A stretch of 34,516 bases of DNA from Conidiobolus incongruus B7586 (lineage: Eukaryota), in NCBI GenBank assembly GCA_000697335.1, contig JNEM01008491.1:1-34516 (forward strand), read 5' to 3'. Each line of letters begins with the position of its first letter. Within the stretch, counting starts at the first letter, position 1. The position numbers and the translations under genes are program-made. Below the pieces are notes generated by a model. The model ran no database searches, was not told the DNA's origin, and saw only the letters and a program-made list of their open reading frames with translations. Positions 12,451 through 23,542 of the stretch are shown here, piece by piece.

Positions 12451-12701
12451 TTGACATTTGACTACATGTTGTCAAGCACTCATCAATAATTTGAAAATTG
12501 AATTTGGAAACTGACAATTTTTCAATTATCCCTAATTGATTTTATTAAATTTTCTCATTTGATAAGGTGACAATTTTTGCTTTTTAAAGTGAATTTTTAC
12601 ATATGACAATGGATTATGGAGATCTGATTTAAAAATTTATAGGTGAATCATTGATTTAAATATATGTTTTTGTGATAAATATCAGATATTGTAAAATGAC
12701 A
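12451..12701. promoter_or_regulatory. Cluster of six TGACA motifs upstream of the MATE gene
   Basis: TGACA at 12452, 12512, 12568, 12604 and 12697, and TGTCA at 12470. TGACAATTTTT occurs twice; GATA motifs are interspersed. Confidence 0.4.
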
Positions 12702-13034
12702 TGAATTTATTTTAACAATATCTAAAGACATTCAACTACAAGTGATAATTATAAGCTATTGATTTACTTGTAATACATTACAACTGCAAAAATTAATGTG
12801 GATAACGACCGATTTTGAAAAATGACCAATCATAAATCCCTATCTCCAAACTCATGATTTTACTTAACATAAATATCAATTTATTTAACTTAGCTTGTTT
12901 CTCTTCGAATTATTAGAGGGTTTAAGTACCATTCAAATAAAAACTATAAAAACTATTACTCTTCCTATTTTTTTCTTATTTTTTCAATTTCTTTTTATAA
13001 TATATAGATTAATATTAACAATAGATAGAAATTT

Positions 13035-14667
13035 ATGAGTTTTAATAAGAATAATAATAATAATCATCCAACTGAGACTACTTCACTTCTACCTTCAGGA
13101 AATATTCCAACAGGAGATATTTCGCTAAATCCCAAATGGTCCGATATCAAGAATGAAAATTTCATTATTCTGAAGAGGACTTTACCAGTCGTGTTGGCTT
13201 ATCTGTTACAACAAACTATCCCTCTAGTTAGTTTGTTTAGTTTAGGACATTTGGTAAAACTAGTTTAGATTAATTTTATTGAATAATTATTAAATTGAAA
13301 TTTAGAGATCTGAATACCTTTCAGCTTCTGCCCTAGCGAATATGTTCGCTTCAGTGACTGGATGGTCGGTATGTATGGGTTTAGCGACAGCTCTGGATAC
13401 ACTATGCAGTCAAGCATTCACAGGTTCCGATAATCCCCATTTGGTAGGGATCCACTTTCAACGTGGTATGATTCTCAGTATCCTCATATTCTGCCCCATC
13501 TCCCTAATCTGGTGGTATTCTTACGACATTTTAAAATTTCTGAATATTGACGAAGAGTTGTGCACTTTGAGTAATTTATATCTCAAATTCTTATTAATTG
13601 GAGCTCCTCCATTCCTCATTTTTGAGAATTTGAAGAAATTTTTGCAGTGTCAGGAGATTATGAATGCTACTACTTATATTTTGATGTTGATCTTTCCTCT
13701 TAATATTGCTCTGAATTATGTGTTGGTCAATCATCCAACCGTAGGTTTGGGCTTCATTGGCGCTCCTTTAGCTGTATCTATCAGTAATTGGCTCATGTTG
13801 ATGTTTGGCATTGCGTATGTTGCTTTCGTTAGGGGTAAGAGTGCTTGGGGTGGATTTTCTAAACAGGCTTTAACTGAATGGGGCCCATTTTTAAAATTAG
13901 GTAATTATTTCAGATAACTTCATTCCATTCACCTCAACTGACCATAGTGATTAGGAATTCCTGGCATTCTTATGATCTGTTCTGAATGGTGGGCTTTTGA
14001 AATCATTGCACTTTTAATCGCTTACTTTGGTAATACTCAATTAGCTGCCCACTCTATCCTCATGTCCACTTGTAATCTCTTTTACATGATTCCTATGGGC
14101 TTGAGTGTTGCTTCATCTAATCGCATGGGCAATCAATTGGGAAGTGCTAAACCCAACGCTTCTAGACTCACTGCTTACAGTGCTATCACTCTTGCATTGG
14201 TCTTTGCATTGTGCAATTCAAGCGTTTTGACCATTTTTAGAAGTTTCTGGTCCTATTTGTTCACTGACGATCCTTTAGTTGCCTCTTTAGTGAATACTTT
14301 ATTACCTATTGTTGCTCTATTCCAAGTAAGTGTCAATTTATTCCAATATTTTTTCCTTATTAATTTATTATACTAGATTTTCGATGGTATTTCGGCAGTC
14401 AGCGGTGGATTATTAAGAGGTCAAGGCAAACAGTCCATCGGAGCCATTGTAAACTTAACCAGCTACTACATTATTGCGCTCCCTATTGGTTACGTCCTTG
14501 GCATTCACTACAATATGGGCGTTGTTGGTTTTTGGTGGGGATTATGCTTAGCCCTTTTCCTCTGTGCAGTCTTCCTACTAACAGTACTCTTGAGAACCAA
14601 TTGGCATAAGGAGGTGGAAAATTGCCAGCAGAGAATCCTTCAAGAAGCTCTCTATTCTCCAATTTAA
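13035..14667 (+). CDS. MATE-family multidrug/toxin efflux transporter (~491 aa, 4 exons)
   Basis: Exons 13035-13253, 13306-13900, 13955-14325, 14377-14667, in phase. Motifs GLATALDTLCSQAFTG, CSEWWAFE, RMGNQLG and LLRGQGKQSIGA. Confidence 0.95.
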
Positions 14668-15625
14668 TTTATTATTTTAGATAATTTTGATTGATTATTA
14701 AAATTTATTTAACGATTTTTTGGTGAATTGCTTTATAATGATTCTATTTATATTGATAATTTTACCTATTTTTCTCTAGATAGTTAAATATGATGAATAT
14801 TAAAGATCAATCATTTTATTAGTTTACAAATGTATTTAGTCATTTTGATTTAAAATTTTGTTGTTTGATACGGATTTATATTATTATATCATTAATGTTT
14901 TTCTATATACTGCATTTTATTGAATTGATATTATATTATTTTGATTTTGTAATGTAAATTATTAATTTCTAATAAATAAAATATAAATTGAATTATTATT
15001 AAACTTGGATCAATTAACTCTTTGTCTTGTGCAGGTTTTAGTAGCCATATGTGGATGATTATATCATACAATTAAATTATTGGATTTGAACCGTTTGACC
15101 CAATCACATTATTGTTTTACAAAGTCATAAACTCAAAATATTCAAAGCATTTTTGATTGGTTAAATATAAATTTCGATTGTAATAGAATGACGATATCGT
15201 TTAAGAAGTTAAACAATTCTCAGAATATAGTCATTTTTCTGATTTATTCTTTATTACATCATATCAATAAATCTAAAAATGTAGCAGATATTAGGTATCA
15301 ATATTAAATTTTTATATTTTGCTTATTGTTCTTAGGGGTGAAATATAATCTATGCAAATGTAGTTAATCATTCTTAAGTCATGAGTAGCCAATATTTAAA
15401 CCAGATTTTACCCTTTGACAAATTAAACTTCTGAACTTGTAGATCATATTTGATCATTAAGCTTTAATAATCTAGGAATGAAATTTGTTCTAAAAAAATC
15501 CCATAAAGCTAGTTTAAATAATTTAATATAAATACCTATTGAAATCAGTCCAAATCAAACTCTATATCAATAAAATAATTCTAAAAATAATTAAATCCTG
15601 AAAATCAGCACAATTAAAAACCATT

Positions 15626-16456
15626 ATGGAAGAAGAAAACATTAAAAAACCTAGAATGCGATTATCACCAGATCGCAAATTGGTCGTTGCATCGTACTTG
15701 AAAGGGCAGTACGATGCCAAAGGAAAAATCGACAATAAATCCGTTCAAAAGTGCTGTGACATCTTCCATCTCTCCAAATTTTTTGTATGGAGGCTGTGGC
15801 GTACGTGCAAAGAGTACGAAGCTCGAGGCATTGATTATTTGAACGCTGACAACAATTGCTTCAAAATGGTGCGTACCAAACGGAAAGACTTCAAAATGCT
15901 TTATAAAGAAAGACTGAGAGTGTCGGAGAGTAATGGATGCAGGACGTTTCGGCATTTAGCACAGATCATTGGGGTACCTAAAAGTACGTGCCATACACTG
16001 TTTAAGTTGGGATTTTTAGTGAGAAGGGATGGGTTGCTGGTCACGAATTGGGACGCTTTTGAAAGCGATCAAGTGGATGAAAAGGTTTTGGATCAGTTGA
16101 ATAATGCTACAGGGTTAGATGAAAGTCAGTTGAATGATACATCCATATCAAACCAACCTAGTACTGAATCTAATGGAACAATTAATCATAATGTAAATAA
16201 TAACGAACATTTTGATAAAACGTCATCATTATCTAATCAAATGGATTCTACTACAGCATTATCCCCTAATATCGATCAAAATAATGATGATGGTATGAGT
16301 GTCAACTCAAATAATTCACCTACAAATGTTGAAAGCGACTCTAATGAAAATACAGGACGAGTTAATACGACTACTAGTGTATCAACATCTGCACAAGTAA
16401 GCATCCAAAGTGAATTAAAAATCGATGGAACAATTGAAGATGAATGCTCTGACTAA
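15626..16456 (+). CDS. Mariner/Tc1 transposase-derived bipartite HTH DNA-binding protein with an acidic S/T/N low-complexity tail and no catalytic domain (276 aa)
   Basis: Intact single-exon ORF. The N-terminal ~135 aa (GKIDNKSVQKCCDIFHLSKFFVWRLWR; RTFRHLAQIIGVPKSTCHTLFKLG) resemble the two HTHs of plant/oomycete-type mariner transposases. TATAAATA at 15527 and CCAAT boxes upstream. Confidence 0.7.
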   Translation: MEEENIKKPRMRLSPDRKLVVASYLKGQYDAKGKIDNKSVQKCCDIFHLSKFFVWRLWRTCKEYEARGIDYLNADNNCFKMVRTKRKDFKMLYKERLRVSESNGCRTFRHLAQIIGVPKSTCHTLFKLGFLVRRDGLLVTNWDAFESDQVDEKVLDQLNNATGLDESQLNDTSISNQPSTESNGTINHNVNNNEHFDKTSSLSNQMDSTTALSPNIDQNNDDGMSVNSNNSPTNVESDSNENTGRVNTTTSVSTSAQVSIQSELKIDGTIEDECSD

Positions 16457-16507
16457 TTTATTATAAATAAAATCCATAAAAATTTCTAATATATATAATC
16501 CATTTAT

Positions 16508-17488
16508 TTAATTAGAATTATAATGATCTAATATTCTCTGTTCAATACCATCCAATTTAAATTGGTGATGTGCAATTTCCAAATTCTCTCGTTCTCCCCT
16601 AAATATTTTGGAGAGATCAGGCGTTTGTCCTGGGAATAGATTCATGGCCCCCATTCCTCCAATACTTTGCATATCTTTCAAACCATCTACAGCTATATTA
16701 ATATTCAGTAAAATACTTATAGTAATTTATCATACATTATTTACCATTATTCTCTCCCAACAGTAGATTGAAAAAGGCTCTTAAACCAAATAAATTTAAA
16801 AAGTACCAGGAAACAGATGATACCCAAGTAACATCCATTTCACTCGTTTCAATCCCTCTCTATAACATGCTCTTCAATCGCAAAGTCAAAGGAAAAGGTA
16901 ATTTAACTATATGATATCAACTCTGATTAACTTTTTAAAATAATAATAAATACTATTTAATTACCAATAATAAATCCCGTAAAAAAGAAATTAATCCAGC
17001 CCATAATAACTGTTTGAGGAATAAAATTTGTTACATTCTTTATCACTCCCTCCGTCATCTGTTCCAGCATAGCTGGATTTGTAAACATATCAGTAGAATT
17101 AGAATTTCCAGAATTGGATTTATTCAAGTAAGTTTCATTGTGGAATGCTTCTAACAAGTATGCCTGTCTCATTAAAAATCTTTCTCTATTTAAATGGTTA
17201 CCATTGTTGCGTAACTGGATACTGCGGGTCAAAGCCTATCTAATTAACACAAAATGTCAGATAAGAATATTGAAATGATATGAATAAGTATTTACTTCTC
17301 TCTCAACTCTTTAATATTCTTGATAGTTGGTTGTTTTGTAATTAAGTTGTTTATCTGTGTTCTCAACACTCCTACCAATATCATAACTATCATAATTGGG
17401 ACTAGGACCCAATCGCGGATAGCTAACAGAATATTAAATATTTTATTATGCTTCCTTTATTTGATTAGTTACCGGGATCTAAAATCAT
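16508..17488 (-). CDS. EMC3: ER membrane protein complex subunit 3, 254 codons, 5 exons, with two in-frame TAG codons
   Basis: Exons 17488-17473, 17422-17296, 17239-16965, 16906-16745, 16692-16508 (765 nt). Motifs MILDPAIRDWVLVPI, IPQTVIMGWINFFFTGF, KLPFPLT, ML*RGI and WVSSVSWYFLNLFGLR. TAG at 17238-17236 and 16862-16860; ends in TAA. Confidence 0.9.
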
Positions 17489-17804
17489 ATTAATTTGATT
17501 AATCTATTTTGAAATTATAATTGTTAGAATTACTATTAAGTCACATTTGTGTCTAATTAAACTAAATAATTTTTAAGAATTGTTAAAATCATTATGGGTT
17601 TAATTTTCATAGAATTATTTTATTATCAAAATTTGCTGAAATGATTACAAACACTTGAGGAACATTTTTAAAGTATTTAAAGCAATAATAAAATAAACCA
17701 TATTTATTTTTCTTCAAATTGTATTTCAGATATTTCACACTAATTCAGGTTTTTGGTATAAACTTAAGTTCATTATTATGGTACTTTGTTTGATTAATTA
17801 GTAT

Positions 17805-18152
17805 CTATATTTCTATTATGATATCACTCTCTTCCAATCGATCTTCCTGTCCAAAAGCTTTGAAAGGACGAGGTGGGAAAAAAAACTGCCAAGGATAGGG
17901 ATAAAAAGGGTAATATGGGTAATAGGGAAAATAAGGCACAAATGGGTAATAACTATTAACATTATTTGCTGCGATTTGATTCACTGAGCCATTACTGCCA
18001 GCATTTAAAATAATGGGACCTTTTGAAGGATTTAAATTATCATCAGGTTTAGAATGGATTTCGGGTGGTAGATTAACTGCTCGAAACGCTGGTGCTCCTT
18101 GTAGTAGTTCAAGGCTTATTAATGCCAAACTTGCTGAGATGAATTGTACCAT
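17805..18152 (-). CDS. Small secreted Pro/Tyr-rich protein
   Basis: ATG at 18152 gives MVQFISASLALISLELLQG-AP, signal-like. Repeats YYPFVPYFPYYPYYPFYPYPW. TATAAATA on the minus strand at 18218-18225. Confidence 0.75.
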   Translation of the reverse strand: MVQFISASLALISLELLQGAPAFRAVNLPPEIHSKPDDNLNPSKGPIILNAGSNGSVNQIAANNVNSYYPFVPYFPYYPYYPFYPYPWQFFFPPRPFKAFGQEDRLEESDIIIEI

Positions 18153-18463
18153 AATTTTCACTCAATTTTAAATGAAATATGAAATTAATAAAATTCAATT
18201 CATTTAATTACAGCTAGTATTTATATAGGATGGGTACAGTAGTAATATTAGGTACTGTTGATTGGCTTTAAAACGTTTTGGAGATAATTTGATATTAGAT
18301 TATGTCCAATATCTTTATGAAACTCCTTGGAATTGGAGATCATGAAATTTCATTTGAATTTTAATACAAATCAATATTAAACCTGTGATTATTGAATTGA
18401 AAAGGATACTCACACATATGAATATAAATTTATAATAGAATTCAATATTATTTATTAATCAAT

Positions 18464-19843
18464 CTAATAAAAAACCGATCTGATTCTATGGATTGGATAA
18501 TTTTCCAAATCTACTTTAAAATATTTGGCATATCTCCACAAGTAAAAACCTATTAAAATGGAATTTCATTCAGTATCCTGATTATTCTTAATTAAATAAT
18601 ATCGAATTAATTCCACCAACAAAATTGACATAATTCGTATTTCTAATTCTAAATCACTTCCTGATGGTAAAACATCGAATGTTTGACTCAATTTTCAACG
18701 TAATTCAGGACTGTTTATAAGTGTATCAAAATATAAAAGAGCTTGTGATACTCTAAAGGAATTGTTGAGAAATATAATTATGATGGACTTAAATATATTA
18801 CCTGTAATCTGCAAACATTGTAATTTCATTAATATCATTAAATTCACCATAATCTTTTCCTTCAAAACATCCCCTAAATTACCGATAAGTTCAAAATTAG
18901 TTGATAATAAATAATATATGAATTTACCAAATATCAGCAACTAAAATTTGAGTTCTTTTATGATTTTTGACTAAATATTGAGAATTGAATTAATAATTAT
19001 AGGTATGCCATGTTAATGTATTGCTTACTCTTCATTTTTGAACAAAAATTCATCTTTGAATGATGTCAAGTTCGAAGTAACCAAATCAACCAATTTTAGA
19101 GCACTTTTGCCACTTTATACTAATAATGCTTCAACTTTACCATTAAATTTCTAAAATATAAATATTTAAAATAGATTTGAAACAATTCAATCAATTTTGA
19201 GTATACATTAATCAAGATTTCGGCTGTTTAATTTAATATTCTGATACGATCATTCAAAACAGGAGGATAGGGCTCAACTCTAGAGTAGTCAGAATAGAAA
19301 ATAGACTTCAAATCGTCTTCAAAAGCGCCAAAAATCCAATTGGAATCTAAAATGGAGATATCATTGTCAATAACACGATTATAACAAGCGCACAACGACC
19401 AATAACTCTGATATAATTCTCCATCATATATTACTCCATATTTTTGGTCTGCCAATTCGGATCGGGTTAATTTTGGATTCAATTCCAAATCCGACCAAAA
19501 TGAAATATTTATTCAATCAATCCGAAATATCCTAAATTTATAAACATAATAGTGTTAATTATAATGAATATAGTTGAATAATTAACAATTCAAAGCAAAA
19601 TTATTAGCAACTTTAGGATTTAGAGTGTTATCCTTCCAAGATTTAAATTCAAATTTACTAGTATTAAAAGAAATTTGCAATTTTTGATCGCATCCTTGAA
19701 TTTCTTTTAAAATTAATTTTGTTTCTTTATAGTACTCAATTAATAAGTCAATGATTTTTATAAAAATGAATAAATGTAATATTCATTACTTGATAGACTT
19801 TGTAGCAATATTTGACAACTTGATTTTTTGATTCAAGCACCAT
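18464..19843 (-). pseudogene. QNG1: Pseudogene of the queuosine salvage protein (QNG1/C9orf64/DUF2419, queuosine-5'-phosphate N-glycosylase)
   Basis: Spliced translation gives WKDNTLNPK, WIFRID*INISFWSD, YWSLCAC, LNDRIRILN*TAEIL, KFNG, SALKLVDLV, KRTQILVADIWGCFEGK, ITMFADYRVSQAL, LEIR, NSILIGFYLW and PIHRIRSVFY*. In-frame stops at 19513, 19228, 19115, 18695 and 18566, plus damaged splice junctions. Confidence 0.9.
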
Positions 19844-20205
19844 TTCTCTCAATAAAATTTCTATTTGATCACTTTCAAATATTTAGATTTGTACCGATTT
19901 TATAACTGACTAAATCAAACTATCACAGTAATAAATATATTTATATGAATTCTTGGATGAATTTAGTATTGTGTTACCTATCTCATCCAAATTTATCAAT
20001 TTCCTCTAATTCGAATTGAAAATTGAAATCAAATTGAGGTTTGATCAACTACACAAAATTCAATTCAATTTGAAAAGTATTGAGGGAGTTTGAAATAAGT
20101 TTCTAAGTGGTTACATGTTCAAGGATTGAAGTCTCAAAGTAGTATAAAATCAGTATAATAATGATGATAATTTCAATTAATAATTCTAATTAATTCTATT
20201 CATTT

Positions 20206-20553
20206 ATGCTCCTAGTGATGTTGAAATTGTCAAAATGCTTATTGGTGAGTCTTGTATGCTTATCAAAACTCATCGTTAGTACACCATCTCCTTTAGTTGG
20301 TGCTCTATTAAGCGACAATGGCGACTTTGACAACCGTGATGGGTCCCCAGAAAGTGATGATATGACTCGTGATGACCAGAAAAAGGATAACGGGGGTTCG
20401 GGTAATTTAATTATCAATACAGGAGCCAGTTCTCAGGGCACCTATCCAGGTTATTATCCATATCCTTATCACTATCATCCTTGGTATCCTCCTCCAATAA
20501 GCCCATTTAATGAAAACAAAAAATTCAATTTTCAATATGTGAAAACTAATTAA
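20206..20553 (+). CDS. Small secreted protein with acidic and Pro/Tyr-rich segments; probable paralog of 17805-18152
   Basis: Hydrophobic N-terminus (MLKLSKCLLVSLVCLSKLIVS-TP). GNLIINTGASS then YPGYYPYPYHYHPWYPPP. TATAAAAT at 20143. Confidence 0.75.
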   Translation: MLLVMLKLSKCLLVSLVCLSKLIVSTPSPLVGALLSDNGDFDNRDGSPESDDMTRDDQKKDNGGSGNLIINTGASSQGTYPGYYPYPYHYHPWYPPPISPFNENKKFNFQYVKTN

Positions 20554-22813
20554 TAAATCTAAGGATTCAATGTATTATATCATAGTTATATTATATGATA
20601 TTTTTATACTATTTTAAATTTTATTCATTTTTTACAAGTTAATGAATGGTAAATATCTGATCTAATATATCAGTGTATATATCTTTTTTGAATTTAATAA
20701 ATGGATACTAATTAATGAAATGAGATTAATTATCCAAGTCACATCTAATATTAAATAATTTTAATGAAAATTTCTATAGTAGCTAATTACTTTATTACTT
20801 TAATTTCAAAATTCGTAATATTTATAAATAATGAAAAATCCTAATGAGTCTTTTTTTGATTTTTTAGTATACATAGTTAAACTTAAAAATGATATTTCAT
20901 ATTGAAGAGTATTAAAAAGTTTATTTCTATTTTATTCACAAAATAAAATTTCAATGTTAAAGGTTTTATGGTAGAAAAATTGTTCTCAAGTTAAATTCGA
21001 CAATAAACTCTTGTTTCAAATTTTTTAAATAAGTTTGGTAAACTTAAATAATAAAAGTACGCAACATAATTCCAAATATAAAATGAGGGACTTATTATAT
21101 TCACTTTTTATATAATAGAGATTCAATTACTAATTTTCTTGTTGTATTCAGTTTTGCAATCAAAGTTTTAGTAATTTCAGGACCTTATTAGATTAATATG
21201 AGAAAAAATTATTACTTAAAATATTCTTGAGACAAGACTACCTGATTGAAATGGGAAAAGATATAAATATGCTAAATATATAATTATTAACTATGATCAG
21301 TTTCTTGTCCATATTAATGATTATGCTGATTTGATTTATCAATATAAAAAATCTTCAATAAAATATAATTCTAATAATAATAATAGTAATAATATATTAT
21401 ATATTTTATACCAAAATATATATTAAATATATAACATTAATTTATACTGGCATTAGTTTTTGATAATCCATTACACTTTGTAATATAATTTCAAAAATAC
21501 TGGATTACAAAATTTCATACACTTTACTAAAAAGCACACTTTTACAAAAATACTTTGCACAACTAAGAATATTAAATTATATACATTTTCAGAAAAGCAA
21601 TAAGATATCAGGAATTTGTATTACATCTGAAATCTCGATATTAAATTTAAATTACTTTTATCTTATTAAAATTTTGTATAATAATTTCTTATCAATTTAA
21701 TCACCCAATTAGAGTTTTATTCAATGAATATTAAAAATATTAATATTATTAATTCAGATTTAATACATTCTTTTTTAAATGTTAAATTCATAAATGCTAA
21801 TTTACTATAAATGTTAATTGAAATAATAAAATTATCCAATCATCAATATAAATTTCCCAAAAAATTTGTTTTTTCACATGACTTTATAAAGTGGTGTTGA
21901 ATTCAAAATTAGAAAAATGAACAAACTAAGGAAATAACAAGAAATAAACTTAAATTTAGAAAGAACACTTGTAAAAATATTAATTAATTAGACAATTTAC
22001 AAGTTTGGAAATATTACTCTTTAAGTGAAAAGATAAGAAAAAACCCAATTTGATAGTAGTAATTCCGACTACAAAATAAATTCTCTAATATAAACTAATT
22101 TCTTTGAGATAAATTATGTTATAACTAAATTTGAAAAACAAATTAAAATTATATAACTGAATTTAATAATTTGAATAATGGATTAATTTTTAGTAAATAA
22201 AATTATAATATATTTTGAATTGAACGTTTTTTTTAAAAAAAAAACAAATAGAAAATTATTATATTTTCTTAATTATTTATGTGATTTTCAATATTCCACA
22301 ACTTGTTCTTATAAATTAATATCCAAAAAAATTTTTTGATTAAATTAATTATCTTCAGTTTAATTAGTTAAAATTTGAATTTAAAAAGATATTTTATTAA
22401 GAAAAGAAACATATTTTCATAACTAATAATATTACATTTACTCAAAATCTTTAAATTTCTAAAATTAATATTAAATTCATCAAAAATATAATTAAGGTAT
22501 ATTTGAATTGGTTTTTTTATTTGTAGAAATTATATTAAAAATGAGTTGATAAATAAAGTCTTAAAATAGTTTTATGAACTTGGATGTCATGGGACCTGCT
22601 GCTAAATATGCTAATACCTTGCACTGGAATCTTCAAGATTCTATGGTTAAAATGGCTTAATTTGTCCATTTTGTAATATTCTCATTGGTGGATTTGATTT
22701 GCATGTATCGAATATACTATACTTTGATAATGTGACAGAAGAAAATAATTGTTACAGTTGGGTAATTGAGTGATTCTTAATATGCCCGGATAGGAAGTAT
22801 TCGTAATAAACCA

Positions 22814-23542
22814 TTAGTAACCAAATTGGAGAGTTGGCTGCTGATGGTGATGTTGATCTGCTAGACTGTTAGGAAATGTCTTAGCATTATTGATGGGCAA
22901 TGGAAGCTGATATAAGTTATGGTGAGCTTCTAAATGATTGGCCAGTTGATTCAATTGGCTGATGTTCGATTGCAAGCGCTTGATATAAAGACTAGCGTGG
23001 ATTAAACTTCTGTATCTGGTATATCTGGAAGTTTTAAGAGGAGGAAGAGAATCATTGAGTTTATCAAACAAATTCCTCAAGATAATCCTCTTGCGCTTTT
23101 CGTTTAGTGTAATGCGATCACGCTTAGATTGTGGGGTTGTTGGAATGGATTCGCTTTCTGGAGGTGTTTGTTGGCCAGAGAAAGAGCCAAAAGATGACAA
23201 AGGTGGGGTTGGAATAGAGGCTTGGAAATTCTTGGAAGGGAAGGAAGTACCCATTAGGTTCTGCTGAGCTTGGTGGTCGGGATATTGAGAGAGCTGAGAT
23301 TGATTGTGATGGAAAACGAAGAGATCATTGGAAGAGATGGTATTCTGGGATGGAGACATTTGGGGCTCAAGATCCGAACTTGGGAAATACACGGAAGGTA
23401 AAGAGGTGTCAACTAGTGTTGGAGAAGGAGCAAACATATATGATTGAGGAATAGGAGTTGAAACATTCATGAAAGCGTTAACATTCCAATGGTTATTGTG
23501 AATAGAGTGATTCATCTGTTGTGGATAGGTAGATAATTCCAT
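22814..23542 (-). CDS. bHLH transcription factor (242 aa)
   Basis: KRDRITLNEKRKRIILRNLFDKLNDSLPP-loop-RYRSLIHASLYIKRLQ, followed by a short heptad helix. S/P/Q-rich N-terminus. TATAAATA on the minus strand at 23607-23614. Confidence 0.88.
   Translation of the reverse strand: MELSTYPQQMNHSIHNNHWNVNAFMNVSTPIPQSYMFAPSPTLVDTSLPSVYFPSSDLEPQMSPSQNTISSNDLFVFHHNQSQLSQYPDHQAQQNLMGTSFPSKNFQASIPTPPLSSFGSFSGQQTPPESESIPTTPQSKRDRITLNEKRKRIILRNLFDKLNDSLPPLKTSRYTRYRSLIHASLYIKRLQSNISQLNQLANHLEAHHNLYQLPLPINNAKTFPNSLADQHHHQQPTLQFGY

Noticed and set aside
15665..15955. 96-aa minus-strand ORF
   Set aside because: Antisense to the 15626 gene.
18695..19488. Separate 81-aa and 86-aa ORFs in the track
   Set aside because: They are fragments and intron read-through of the single QNG1 pseudogene.
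18464..19843. Idea that the TAA/TGA codons in QNG1 are recoded sense codons
   Set aside because: The stops fall at positions expected to be different residues (Leu, Glu/Gln, Lys, Ile) and occur together with splice and motif damage. TAA also terminates the intact genes.
20196..20417. 73-aa minus-strand ORF
   Set aside because: Antisense to the 20206 secreted-protein gene.
23055..23267. 70-aa plus-strand ORF
   Set aside because: Antisense to the bHLH gene.
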